A stretch of DNA of 64,000 nucleotides, from assembly GCA_963807165.1 (NCBI GenBank), contig CAWDZM010000001.1, positions 119,963 through 183,962 of the forward strand. The letters are read 5' to 3'. Every line of letters begins with the position of its first letter. Within the stretch, counting starts at the first letter, position 1. The translations under genes were made by a program, and so were the position numbers. This document shows, piece by piece, positions 47,922 to 57,476 of this stretch. Under the pieces are notes generated by a model. The model did no database searches and was not told where the DNA came from. It was given only the letters and a program-made list of their open reading frames with translations. The stretch comes from an uncultured bacterium. Its GTDB lineage: Bacteria > Patescibacteriota > Minisyncoccia > UBA6257 > 2-01-FULL-56-20.

Positions 47922-49430
47922 ATGGAAACAAGTTCAAGTTCAGGTCAAGGGTTTTATGGATTGGGCATCGCGCCCAATATTTTAACTATCCTTGATAAAT
48001 TGGGATTTAAGACGCCTACGCCGATTCAGGAGAAATCGATTCCGGGGGGTATTGAAGGAAAAGACGTGATGGGGCTTGCGCAGACGGGCACCGGCAAGAC
48101 GCTGGCCTTTGGCATTCCTTTGATACAGGCGGCTTTGAACGGCAAACATGGCCTGGTGATCCTTCCGACGCGGGAATTGGCCCTGCAGGTGCAGGAGACG
48201 ATCAATAAAGTGGGCGGGCCGCTTGGCATCCGCACGGCGCTTTTGGTGGGCGGAGAGTCCAATTATCGCCAAGTGCAGGCCATTCACCGCCTGCCACAGA
48301 TCATCATCGGCACGCCAGGCCGTATTATGGATCATATGCAGCAGAAGACATTAAATTTAACTAAAACCAGTTTGTTGGTGTTGGACGAGGCGGATCGGAT
48401 GCTCGACATGGGTTTTGCGCCGCAACTCAAGCGGATTATGACGGGCGTCCCGCGCGAGCGGCAGACGATGCTTTTTTCCGCAACGATGCCGCAGAGTATT
48501 CTTGCGCTGGCGCAATCGTATATGAAGCTGCCGTTGCGGATTGAAATCGCGCCGCCGGGTACGACGATCGACAAGATCACGCAGGAATTATATTTTATTT
48601 CAAAGCCGGACAAGTCGCGCTTGCTTGAAAAATTATTGTACGAATATCGTGGATCGGTGTTGGTCTTCTCGCGCACTAAGCATGGTGCAAAAAAGATCGC
48701 CGCGTCGGTGCGCGCGCTCGGCCACACCGCAGCCGAGCTCCACGCCAATCGCTCGCTCGGCCAGCGCCGTGAAGCGCTCGATGGATTCCGTAACGGCAAG
48801 TATCGCGTGCTGATCGCCACGGACATCGCCGCGCGTGGCATTGATGTAAAAGGGATCGAGCTTGTGATCAACTATGATCTTCCGGACAACGCCGAGGATT
48901 ATGTGCATCGCATCGGCCGCACCGGGCGCGCCGGCGCCGCGGGCCACGCCATTTCCTTTGCCACGCCGGATCAGCGCGGCGATGTGTATGGCATCGAACG
49001 CCTCACGCGCACAAAGTTGCCGCTTTCCAAGACTCCAGAGTTGCCGCCGGCGCGCGCCGAGCAATATATTCCGCGGGAACCGTTCACGCCATATCGCGGG
49101 AAAACAGGAGTAGGCGCATCGCACGGATCTTCATCTCATGGCGCACGGCCTTCGTATAGCGGCGGTGCTTCATCTGCCCGTCGCCCGGCATTCAATCGGC
49201 CTGCATATGGCAGTGCCAAGCCAGCATATGGAGCCGCAAATAGCGCGCGACCTGCGTTTGGTTCACGGCCATCGTATGGTAGCTCAAAACCCTCATATGG
49301 CGGTGCTTCACGCCCCGCGTCATCCGGCTCCGCTTCCGCCCGCCGCCCCTTCCACAAACCAGGCGGCTTTGGTGGTCCGCGCAAGCCAGGTTCTAGCCAT
49401 TCCAGCTCCGGCCGTTATCCGCGGAGATAA
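47922..49430 (+). CDS. DEAD-box RNA helicase with a repetitive Gly/Ser/Arg tail
   Basis: AQTGTGKT, PTREL, DEAD, SAT, ARGID, HRIGRTGR. Confidence 0.96.
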   Translation: METSSSSGQGFYGLGIAPNILTILDKLGFKTPTPIQEKSIPGGIEGKDVMGLAQTGTGKTLAFGIPLIQAALNGKHGLVILPTRELALQVQETINKVGGPLGIRTALLVGGESNYRQVQAIHRLPQIIIGTPGRIMDHMQQKTLNLTKTSLLVLDEADRMLDMGFAPQLKRIMTGVPRERQTMLFSATMPQSILALAQSYMKLPLRIEIAPPGTTIDKITQELYFISKPDKSRLLEKLLYEYRGSVLVFSRTKHGAKKIAASVRALGHTAAELHANRSLGQRREALDGFRNGKYRVLIATDIAARGIDVKGIELVINYDLPDNAEDYVHRIGRTGRAGAAGHAISFATPDQRGDVYGIERLTRTKLPLSKTPELPPARAEQYIPREPFTPYRGKTGVGASHGSSSHGARPSYSGGASSARRPAFNRPAYGSAKPAYGAANSARPAFGSRPSYGSSKPSYGGASRPASSGSASARRPFHKPGGFGGPRKPGSSHSSSGRYPRR

Positions 49431-49486
49431 AAAAATTGTAATTGTAGGTTTGCCTTTGCTGTAGTAAGAGGGGAAGTGAACATTTC

Positions 49487-49750
49487 ATGAACTCGCACAA
49501 TAAAAAAATAATACTCGCAGGAGTCGGGCTTGTCGTTGTGGTCTTTGCCGCATTCGCGATCGATCAATTTTTGGTTTTGCAAAAAGCGCATAGCACCTTC
49601 GATAATTATTACGCTTTCCGTGGTTGTACACAGCTCATTTCCCAAACCGCAACCTCCGGTGTTTGTAAAACTACTTCGGGCGATACGATCACGATTGTAC
49701 AGATAAATAACCAGTGGTATCTCCAGGGCGATGGCCCGGGCGTTTGGTAG
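49487..49750 (+). CDS. Small membrane-anchored hypothetical protein
   Basis: N-terminal TM helix, two Cys. Confidence 0.6.
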   Translation: MNSHNKKIILAGVGLVVVVFAAFAIDQFLVLQKAHSTFDNYYAFRGCTQLISQTATSGVCKTTSGDTITIVQINNQWYLQGDGPGVW

Positions 49751-49768
49751 GGAATACGATTGCGGTCG

Positions 49769-50410
49769 CTACCCGGCCCTCTCTATCATTTTATAATCCT
49801 CCGCAAAGAAATATTGCGACATCTTAAAGATGCCGTAGGTCATGTATGGCGCGGCGAGTACGTCCATCGTGTAATGAATGTGGGCAAAGAGTACCGCGAT
49901 GCCGAACACAATGGATAAGATAATGTATGCATAGCGCCAAAACTTTTTATTCCAAAGAATGAGCGCCATAAGGAGGGGGAGTCCGGTGTGCCCGGAAAAA
50001 AAGAATCCTGCTTCCAATCCAAAGCCGGTATAAATGCGATCAAAGAACCCGGTGTCGGGATTAATCTGACCCGGATAGATGCCGATGTGCGTCACCGCGA
50101 TGAACATCGCGCGCGTGGCGATGAAGATCGCTGCGGCTTTTAATGTAAATAATAAATATTGTGGCTTCGCAAGAATGAGGATGATGCTAAAGGCGATGGC
50201 GAAGAGCGCACCCTCCACAATAAGCAGATTAAGGTTAACGACCGGGAGAATGCTAAGGAAAAGATCAAATGCCGGATTGCCGGGCGTGCGTTCGATGTAC
50301 GCCGAGGCATAGAACTGGAAGATAACGGCAAGTGCAAGGAGGATGAGGGCGTTAATAAGCGACCGGACGTGTTCCCGAGTGAAGAATCCTTTATAGTTGA
50401 AGTACTTCAT
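49769..50410 (-). CDS. PAP2-superfamily membrane protein (sphingomyelin synthase-like C domain)
   Basis: FFSGHT and HIHYTMDV motifs; multiple TM helices. Confidence 0.8.
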   Translation of the reverse strand: MKYFNYKGFFTREHVRSLINALILLALAVIFQFYASAYIERTPGNPAFDLFLSILPVVNLNLLIVEGALFAIAFSIILILAKPQYLLFTLKAAAIFIATRAMFIAVTHIGIYPGQINPDTGFFDRIYTGFGLEAGFFFSGHTGLPLLMALILWNKKFWRYAYIILSIVFGIAVLFAHIHYTMDVLAAPYMTYGIFKMSQYFFAEDYKMIERAG

Positions 50411-50517
50411 TTCCTCTTATTCTAGCATTTTTATGGGTATTTACAGCGCTCCAAGTGCTTGTCAAGGTTGTCCACAGTTACGCTTGACAATAATAGTTAA
50501 AGGATTAAACTGTAGTT

Positions 50518-51180
50518 ATGCACACCATACAACAAAAACTGTTAGCGCTGGCGGAAAAGAAAAACTTGGGTAACTTCACCCTGCGGGAGATTGGTGGGTT
50601 CGTGGGCGAGACGTCGCCACAGAAGATAAAACATCACCTTCAACAGCTTGAGAAGCGGGGATTCATTCATATCAATAAAATGGAACACACAATAAAAACC
50701 ACAAAACAGCAGGGCCCGACGGTAAAAGGGATACTAGGAAATGCCAAACTGCTTTCCATCCCGATTCTTGGATCAGCCAACGCCGGCCCGGCAATGGTCT
50801 TCGCCGCCTCAAATATCGAGGGCTATCTCCGCGTTTCGAGCTCTCTCGTCGCACGACCTCGATTGTCGCACCGGCTGTTTGCCCTTAAGGTGGATGGCCC
50901 GTCCATGAATATGGCGTACGTTGGTGGGAAGAAGATCGATAATGGGGATTATGTGATCATCGACAGCGAAGACCGGGAAGCGATGAATGATGATATTGTG
51001 CTTTCCGTTATTGATGGAATGGCAAACATCAAAAAATATTATGTTGATAAGGAAAATAACCAGATCCTTCTCATGTCCGAATCCACGCACGATTTCCCGG
51101 CGATCCACATCCATGAGAATGATGATTTTTCAATCAACGGCAAAGTGGTGGGCGTGATCAAGACACCGAAGAAGAAATAA
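50518..51180 (+). CDS. lexA: LexA-like repressor (HTH + S24 peptidase)
   Basis: TLREIG...HHLQQLEKRG; IPILGSANAG cleavage site; VDGPSM catalytic Ser; NIKK catalytic Lys. Confidence 0.85.
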   Translation: MHTIQQKLLALAEKKNLGNFTLREIGGFVGETSPQKIKHHLQQLEKRGFIHINKMEHTIKTTKQQGPTVKGILGNAKLLSIPILGSANAGPAMVFAASNIEGYLRVSSSLVARPRLSHRLFALKVDGPSMNMAYVGGKKIDNGDYVIIDSEDREAMNDDIVLSVIDGMANIKKYYVDKENNQILLMSESTHDFPAIHIHENDDFSINGKVVGVIKTPKKK

Positions 51181-51253
51181 AAACACCCCTAGCTATTTCG
51201 CTCCAGCGTAGGAACGCCCACTCGCTCAATAGCTAGGGGTGTTTTTATTTCTT
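51172..51253. repeat. Family-1 palindromic element, copy 3
   Basis: Perfect 26-bp arms including the lexA stop codon; core 51198-51227 TCGCTCCAGCGTAGGAACGCCCACTCGCTC. Confidence 0.9.
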
Positions 51254-51317
51254 GTGACAACAATTTGACGATATGGCTATAGAAATGCTATGATATTTCG
51301 GCACGGAGGAAATCAAA

Positions 51318-51491
51318 ATGAATCAAGTGCATCAGAACATTGTCATAATTCTTATTGCCGCGTTGGTGTTTGTCGGATTGGTAATCTTTATCCGTCGAGA
51401 CCGACAGCGTGTGCAATATCGTTTGAGTGAGAGCGATCAACTCAAAGCCAGCGCTAATCGCGCACTCAAAGAACAACAACTGGGAGGTTGA
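51318..51491 (+). CDS. Small single-TM protein (57 aa)
   Basis: MNQVHQNIVIILIAALVFVGLVIFIRRDRQR...; GGAGG SD; downstream hairpin with a T run. Not in the ORF track. Confidence 0.6.
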   Translation: MNQVHQNIVIILIAALVFVGLVIFIRRDRQRVQYRLSESDQLKASANRALKEQQLGG

Positions 51492-51568
51492 GTAGCAAGG
51501 CCGTGCAGGGAGATTTTTTCTCTGCACGGCCTTTTTTCTATCGTAAAAGCATCGTATACTGGATAGTA

Positions 51569-52483
51569 ATGAAGAAAAGAGTATGGATTATTGTCGGAGT
51601 TGTCGTCGTGCTCATCTTGGGCGCGTATCTTTTTATCACATTTGGCCACGCGGACGAGCCCGCGAATACCGCTGGTGGTGCAATAAAGATCGTCGCCGCG
51701 GAGGATTTTTATGGCAACATTGCCCAGCAATTGGGTGGCGATAAGGTCTCGGTGACGAGCATTCTTTCGGATCCGAACGTGGATCCGCACGAATATGAAT
51801 CCGATGTGCAGGATGGCATTGCGATCACGAATGCGAACATCGTCATCGAAAACGGCCTGCAGTACGACACGTGGATGGATAAGCTTATCGCCGCAGCGCC
51901 AAATCCGAATCGCATGGTGATCATCGCCGGTGCCATCGCGCCGGATCCGCTCCAAGAGAATCCGCATGTGTGGTATGGCATTGATAATATTTCGGCTATC
52001 GCGGGCGCCATCACGACCGCGCTCATAAAGACCGATCCCGCGGACGTAGCGCTGTTTCAAAATAACCTTGCGGCTTTCAATGTATCGCTTGCGCCGATCA
52101 CGGCAAAGATGGCAGAGATCAGAACAAATTATGCAGGCACGGCAGTCGGCCTGACAGAGACGATCTATCTTTATCAAACCGAGCCGATGGGGCTGGGCGT
52201 GCTGACGCCATTCAGTTTTGAGAAGGCGATTGCGGAAGGAAACGATCCGTCGGCGCAGGATGTGAATACTGCCAACCAGCAGATCGCTCAGAAAAAGATA
52301 AGCGTGTTGATCTATAACAGCCAGACGGTGACGCCGATCACGACCAACCTGGAAAACGCCGCGCTCGCGAACGGGATTCCGGTGGTGCCAGTGACGGAAA
52401 CGATGCCGCCGAACAATACCTATCAGTCGTGGATGATGGATGAACTAAACGCGCTCGAAGCGGCGCTCGCAAAAAACCAATGA
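51569..52483 (+). CDS. znuA: Zn/Mn ABC transporter substrate-binding protein
   Basis: DPHEYE, NPHVW, PVTET. Confidence 0.88.
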   Translation: MKKRVWIIVGVVVVLILGAYLFITFGHADEPANTAGGAIKIVAAEDFYGNIAQQLGGDKVSVTSILSDPNVDPHEYESDVQDGIAITNANIVIENGLQYDTWMDKLIAAAPNPNRMVIIAGAIAPDPLQENPHVWYGIDNISAIAGAITTALIKTDPADVALFQNNLAAFNVSLAPITAKMAEIRTNYAGTAVGLTETIYLYQTEPMGLGVLTPFSFEKAIAEGNDPSAQDVNTANQQIAQKKISVLIYNSQTVTPITTNLENAALANGIPVVPVTETMPPNNTYQSWMMDELNALEAALAKNQ

Positions 52484-53250
52484 ACGCTGATACAATCATT
52501 TCTCTTGATGGGGTTACGGTCGAGCTTGGCGGTCGTGCCATATTTGATGCGGTACGTTTTGAAGTAAAAAAGGGTGAATTTGTTGCGATTCTTGGGCCAA
52601 ACGGCGCGGGGAAGACGACGCTCTTTAAGTTATTGCTCGGATTATTAAAGCCGAGCAAGGGCGAAGTGCGCGTGCTTGGCGCGATTCCACGCCGCGGTGA
52701 TGGCAACATCGGCTATGCACCGCAACATCGGGTGCTCGAAACCGATCTGGCATTGCGTGCGCGTGATGTCGTCGGATTTGGATTGGATGGAAATAAATGG
52801 GGGATCGGCTTTGGCAGTCGCGCGCGTGACACGATGATCGACGCGGTGCTCAAAGAAGTCGATGCATATCAGTTTGCCGACGCGGCGGTGGGATATCTTT
52901 CCGGCGGCGAGCAACAGCGATTGCTCATTGCGCAGGCGCTTATCACCGACCCAAAAATATTATTGCTCGACGAGCCGCTTTCTAATTTGGATATCAGTCA
53001 CGCGCAGGAGATCATCGCATTACTTACGGAGATCTCAAAACATCGCGGCGTGACGATCATGCTCGTGTCGCATGATATCAATCCGCTTTTGCCGGCGGCG
53101 AACCGCGTTTTGTATATGGCGCACGGACATAGTGCGATGGGAACGCCGGACGAGATCGTGACGAGCGTGACGCTTTCCAAATTGTACGATACCAATGTGG
53201 AAGTGATACGGAGCGGCGACCATGTCTTTGTGGTTGGCGCAGAAATATAA
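52480..53250 (+). CDS. znuC: Zn/Mn ABC transporter ATP-binding protein
   Basis: GPNGAGKTT, LSGGEQQR, LLDEP, VSHD. Confidence 0.9.
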   Translation: MNADTIISLDGVTVELGGRAIFDAVRFEVKKGEFVAILGPNGAGKTTLFKLLLGLLKPSKGEVRVLGAIPRRGDGNIGYAPQHRVLETDLALRARDVVGFGLDGNKWGIGFGSRARDTMIDAVLKEVDAYQFADAAVGYLSGGEQQRLLIAQALITDPKILLLDEPLSNLDISHAQEIIALLTEISKHRGVTIMLVSHDINPLLPAANRVLYMAHGHSAMGTPDEIVTSVTLSKLYDTNVEVIRSGDHVFVVGAEI

Positions 53251-53266
53251 CGACACCGTTTTTTTT

Positions 53267-54064
53267 ATGTTTTCCATTTTTCAATATTCATTTATCCAAA
53301 ATGCATTCCTCGCCGGATCGGTCGTGGCGATCGTCGCCGGCTTTGTGGGATATTTTTTGGTGACGCGTGGGCTCACGTTTGCTGGTCATGCGCTTTCGCA
53401 CATCGGCTTCGCCGGCGCGGCGGCGGCATTGTTGGTCGGCGTTGATCCGATGTACGGACTTTTGCTTTTTACGATCGTTTCGGGAGTCGGTATCGGAGTT
53501 TTTGGAAAAGATTTGAGAGAAGAGGATGTGAACATCGGCATCATTATGACGCTCATGCTGGGGCTTGGCGCTCTGTTTATTGCTCTTTATAACGGCTATG
53601 CGGAACAGGCATACAGTATTTTATTCGGAACAATTTTGGGGATCAGTCACGTGAATGTTTTGATCACGCTGATATTCGGTATTGTGGCGATTGCGGTGCT
53701 TGCCGCCATCTTCCGCCCACTGCTCTTTAGCTCCATTGATCCGGAAGTTGCGGAAGCCCGCGGCGTGCCCGTGCGCGCGCTCGGCATCATTTTTTTAGTG
53801 CTCGTTGCGATTGCCGTATCGATGTCGGTGCAGGTCGTCGGTGTGTTGCTTATTTTTACACTTCTCGTCGGTCCTGCAGCCACCGCTATTCGCATCGTTC
53901 ATAATCCGCTTGGAGCGGTGACGGTTTCTATCGTACTCGCACTCGCATACACATGGCTTGGAATATTTTTGGCGGCGACAGGGAGTTGGCCAGTAACGTT
54001 CTACATCGCAACGATATCATTTGCGGTTTATCTTCCGGTACGATTACTCACTATACGCTCATGA
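53267..54064 (+). CDS. znuB: Zn/Mn ABC transporter permease 1
   Basis: HALSHIGFAG, LFGTILG, DPEVAEARG. Confidence 0.88.
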   Translation: MFSIFQYSFIQNAFLAGSVVAIVAGFVGYFLVTRGLTFAGHALSHIGFAGAAAALLVGVDPMYGLLLFTIVSGVGIGVFGKDLREEDVNIGIIMTLMLGLGALFIALYNGYAEQAYSILFGTILGISHVNVLITLIFGIVAIAVLAAIFRPLLFSSIDPEVAEARGVPVRALGIIFLVLVAIAVSMSVQVVGVLLIFTLLVGPAATAIRIVHNPLGAVTVSIVLALAYTWLGIFLAATGSWPVTFYIATISFAVYLPVRLLTIRS

Positions 54065-54921
54065 ATACTTTTATCGAGCTGCTACAACAACCATTTATCG
54101 AGAACGCATTTATGGCGGGAACGTTGATTGCGATCATATCGGCGATCGTGGGCTATTTTGTGGTGTTGCGTGCGCAGGCATTCGCCGCGCATGCGCTCTC
54201 GCACGTCGGCTTTGCCGGCGCGACACTTGCAGCAGTACTTGGCATAAGCGGCTTGCTTGGTATGTCGGGATTCACCGTCGCGGCCGCACTCGGCATGGGA
54301 GCGCTGGGCAAGCGCATCCGCGGCCGCGACGTGGAGATCGGCATGATACTTTCATTTGCACTCGGACTCGGCGTGTTATTCCTGCGGCTCTATAGCAATT
54401 CGGCGAGCGAAACGGTCAGCGTGCTCTTTGGTTCAATTTTGAGCGTCACGCATGCGGACATTATTCTTACGCTCGTGTTCGGGTTCGGCACGCTCGCGAT
54501 TCTTGCCGCTATCTTCCGCCCGCTCCTTTTTAGCTCGATCGATCCGGAGGTTGCGGAGGCGCGCGGCGTGCCGATCAAAATGTTATCCATACTATTTATG
54601 TTTCTGCTCGCGATCACCGTTGCGGAGGCGATCCAGGTGGTGGGAGTGCTGCTTGTGTTTGCGCTCATCGTCGCGCCCGCTGCTGCGGCGCAGCACCTGA
54701 CGCGTAAGCCGTTTTCGGCCATCGCCATTTCTGTCGCGCTCGGCATCGCGTTCACGTGGGGCGGTCTGCTCCTTGCCGTGCTTACCAGCTGGCCGGTGAG
54801 TTTCTACATCGCGGCGCTGGCGGCGCTTACGTATTTTGCGGCGATCAGGATCGGTCATTGCGTATGGCCGCACGCGCGCATTGCGCACGAGCATCCCGGA
54901 AGGGAAGTGGGTATTATATAA
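54061..54921 (+). CDS. znuB: Zn/Mn ABC transporter permease 2
   Basis: HALSHVGFAG, LFGSILS, DPEVAEARG. Confidence 0.88.
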   Translation: MNTFIELLQQPFIENAFMAGTLIAIISAIVGYFVVLRAQAFAAHALSHVGFAGATLAAVLGISGLLGMSGFTVAAALGMGALGKRIRGRDVEIGMILSFALGLGVLFLRLYSNSASETVSVLFGSILSVTHADIILTLVFGFGTLAILAAIFRPLLFSSIDPEVAEARGVPIKMLSILFMFLLAITVAEAIQVVGVLLVFALIVAPAAAAQHLTRKPFSAIAISVALGIAFTWGGLLLAVLTSWPVSFYIAALAALTYFAAIRIGHCVWPHARIAHEHPGREVGII

Positions 54922-54971
54922 AAAATGCCGTAGAGGGATGTTCTCCTCTACGGCATCATTGCCGAACCCGC

Positions 54972-55391
54972 TCATTTGATGATTTCGACACCATCTAGGC
55001 ATTGTTTATTGGTATTGTAGACCTCCTGGGACATCATCAAGTGCCACTTGGACCGCCTACTATCGTCCATTCCGATGATGACCGCTGTCGGAACGACCTT
55101 CATTGGGTCGATGATGATTTTGACGTTATCAACGGGGGGAACGTCGTTGCCTATTTTCCCCGTTGAGTCCATCGCATAGTTGAAGCTTATACGTTGGAGG
55201 CTCGTGCCGAGTGTCGTCCAGAAGAAATATAGACACCCGCGTTCGTTCTTCTCCAATCGGGGAAGGGTAAGTTTGGCCAGTGTGAATTCCGGGCCTACTA
55301 CCGTGACCGTCTGGGCCGCTGCAGGTACCGACATGACGCCGCTGCCAACAAGCAGCGCCGTTGCTAACAAAACGATGAAATGGGACTTCAT
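54972..55391 (-). CDS. Secreted hypothetical protein
   Basis: Signal peptide ending in AAA; SD AAGGAGGT. Confidence 0.65.
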   Translation of the reverse strand: MKSHFIVLLATALLVGSGVMSVPAAAQTVTVVGPEFTLAKLTLPRLEKNERGCLYFFWTTLGTSLQRISFNYAMDSTGKIGNDVPPVDNVKIIIDPMKVVPTAVIIGMDDSRRSKWHLMMSQEVYNTNKQCLDGVEIIK

Positions 55392-55430
55392 GAGTCCACC
55401 TCCTTCTACCGTTCTCCTTATACAATAATA

Positions 55431-55706
55431 CTAAAGCTTTGTCCAGCCTTTTCTGCGATTGCTCGGCGTGGCGGCAAGCGCTATTTTTTTCTTTCGGGAA
55501 AATCGTTTTACCTCCGCTTCGCGCCGCAACGCTTCACTGCGCGTTTTATATTTCTCTGTATGGAGAATTTTTTTCGCACCATGCGTACGGGTATATCGTG
55601 CGCCGATCTTTTTCTTGTGTTCGTCGAATCGCCGCGCGACATCGGTGGTGATCCCGGTATAGATACTTTTGTCGGAACACTCAAGAAGATAGACAAAGTA
55701 GGACAT
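55431..55706 (-). CDS. Stand-alone GIY-YIG nuclease (YhbQ/UPF0213-like, 91 aa)
   Basis: MSYFVYLLECSDKSIYTGITTDVARRFDEH...GARYTR...SEALRREAEVK; this is the C-terminal part of the 305-aa track ORF. Confidence 0.9.
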   Translation of the reverse strand: MSYFVYLLECSDKSIYTGITTDVARRFDEHKKKIGARYTRTHGAKKILHTEKYKTRSEALRREAEVKRFSRKKKIALAATPSNRRKGWTKL

Positions 55707-55745
55707 AAAATAACGGTAGCATTTTTCTGATATAATAAGTACATT

Positions 55746-56843
55746 ATGAAGCCGCGGCCGATTGTTTTTCCAAAAGATACTCAGCCACACGATACCATCA
55801 TTGAATGGTGGTACTTTAACGGCTACCTCACCGGCGAGCGCGGTAAGAAATATGCCTTTATGGATTGTCTTTTTCGGGCGAACGTGGATAAGGTCAAGAT
55901 CCCTTATTTCAAAAATATTTTTGCGCGGACAAAATCCGGACGGTTCGCGCTTTTCGCGCATTCCATGCTGGCGGATCTTGGTGTAAAGAAGAGCGTGAAG
56001 GATGTTCAAAACATCTCGCTCGCGTCGCGCGACAGCTTTCGGCGGCCGCAGTTCTATGCGAGCTATATTGATCCGGTTTCCGTCGCCGGCGGCTTTGTGG
56101 CGCACGAGATGATGGAGATCGCGCCGGGGAAGTTTCACATCAAGACGGAGACACTCGATCTTATAATGGAATCGCGTCGCGCGCCAATGCTCGAAGGCGG
56201 CAATGGCTTCATCACCGTACGCTCGCGCGAAAGCTTTTACTATTCGCTGACCGACCTCAAGACAACCGGCATGGTTCGTGTTGGCGTATCCGGCGGCGAG
56301 GCGGAAGGCGAGTGGGTGCCTGTGAAGGGCCGGTCGTGGATGGATCACCAGTGGGCCGACGCGGCGTATGCGAAGGATAAGTGGACATGGTTCTCTATTC
56401 AGCTGGATGACGGCACGGATATTATGTGCGTGGAGTACGACGACGGAAAAGGAAAAGATTATGTTATTGATATTTTAGATGCGCGCGGCCGTGCGGCGCA
56501 TGCTGATCAGGCAACGTTTGTCCCAGGCCCGACGATATGGAAGAGTAAGGCGACGAAGGCAGAATATCCGCTCTCTTGGACAGTTACCATCCCCGAAAAA
56601 AATATCGTTCTTACCACGTCGGCGTTGCTTGCCGATCAGGAAATGATCTTCGGCGCGATCAGTTATTGGGAAGGCCCGGTGGCGGTGTCCGCCATCGTTA
56701 ATGGCAAAAAAGTAAAAGGCGTCGGGTTTATGGAACTCGCCGGATATCCTTCGGATTATAATTTCCTCCTCCTCGCCGGCAAAAAAGTGAACGCGCGAGT
56801 GCAGAAGGAGATCGGGGAGAGGATTAAAAATTTCTGGGGATAA
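55746..56843 (+). CDS. Lipocalin-like / CrtC-AttH family protein
   Basis: EWWYFNG, YYSLT, SWMDHQW, WTWFSIQL, YWEG, GFMEL. Confidence 0.85.
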   Translation: MKPRPIVFPKDTQPHDTIIEWWYFNGYLTGERGKKYAFMDCLFRANVDKVKIPYFKNIFARTKSGRFALFAHSMLADLGVKKSVKDVQNISLASRDSFRRPQFYASYIDPVSVAGGFVAHEMMEIAPGKFHIKTETLDLIMESRRAPMLEGGNGFITVRSRESFYYSLTDLKTTGMVRVGVSGGEAEGEWVPVKGRSWMDHQWADAAYAKDKWTWFSIQLDDGTDIMCVEYDDGKGKDYVIDILDARGRAAHADQATFVPGPTIWKSKATKAEYPLSWTVTIPEKNIVLTTSALLADQEMIFGAISYWEGPVAVSAIVNGKKVKGVGFMELAGYPSDYNFLLLAGKKVNARVQKEIGERIKNFWG

Positions 56844-56960
56844 AATAGCTGACGAAGAGCTCCAAGATCGAGCGAATGTGTGAGTTCTATCGGGGGATGA
56901 CTCAAGAGCTTGCACTGGATCAGTTAGACGACATTTTTTCCGGAAAGGAGGTGATATCTA

Positions 56961-57071
56961 GTGAAGGAAATTTCGGAAACGGAAAAGAAAGTATTGCCGA
57001 AAATGCATGTTGAACCGCGCCCCATGGTGCCAATCAACAACACATGCCGGCAACCAAGCAACTGCCATTAG
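56961..57071 (+). CDS. Small peptide (36 aa)
   Basis: Strong SD AAAGGAGGTGA before GTG; MKEISETEKKVLPKMHVEPRPMVPINNTCRQPSNCH. Confidence 0.45.
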   Translation: MKEISETEKKVLPKMHVEPRPMVPINNTCRQPSNCH

Positions 57072-57135
57072 AAACTAATGGCACTCAACCGGGCCCGAGG
57101 ACAGTGGTATACTGTTCTTGGGCCCTTTTATTCAT

Positions 57136-57420
57136 ATGACAAGCCAGAAAAAGTCTACAATTTTGCAAAATATCGCTGACAAGTATAAACGACAATCGGA
57201 TGTTTTGGGCGTCCTTGTTTTTGGATCGTTCGTGAGGGGAAATTTCGACAAATACTCTGATATTGATGTTTACATACTCCAAAATAAAAAACCTACTTAC
57301 TCCCGCGAAAGCTATATGCTTAATGCCATTCGGGTGGATGTCACGATTGATGGAAAAATATTTGCCGAACAATCTTTAAAAGCCGAAAATCATTCGGTGG
57401 GGGCCAGGGCTCGAACCTGA
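57136..57420 (+). pseudogene. Minimal nucleotidyltransferase (Pol-beta superfamily), apparently truncated
   Basis: VFGSFVRG...SDIDV...RVD motif; the reading frame runs into the antisense strand of tRNA-Gln. Confidence 0.7.
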
Positions 57421-57468
57421 ACTCTTCTGCTTCAAAGGCAGACGTGTTACCGATTACACCACCCCCCA
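57397..57468 (-). tRNA. tRNA-Gln(UUG) with an imperfect acceptor stem
   Basis: TGGGGGG-TG-GTGT..ACAC, TCTGC-CTTTGAA-GCAGA, TCAGG-TTCGAGC-CCTGG; the 3' strand has five C for six G. Confidence 0.85.
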
Positions 57469-57476
57469 ATAAATGA

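Noticed and set aside
53700-54575. Identical 24-aa stretch in the two znuB permeases as recent gene conversion
   Set aside because: The DNA differs at many synonymous positions, so this is protein-level conservation.
55707-56348. N-terminal two-thirds of the 305-aa minus-strand ORF as a GIY-YIG fusion
   Set aside because: Overlaps the lipocalin-like gene antisense; the real gene most plausibly starts at ATG 55706.
56849-56880. Hammerhead ribozyme (CTGACGA...GCTC/GAGC-GAA)
   Set aside because: Extra AGA before stem II, GAAT instead of GAAA, and no convincing stem III.
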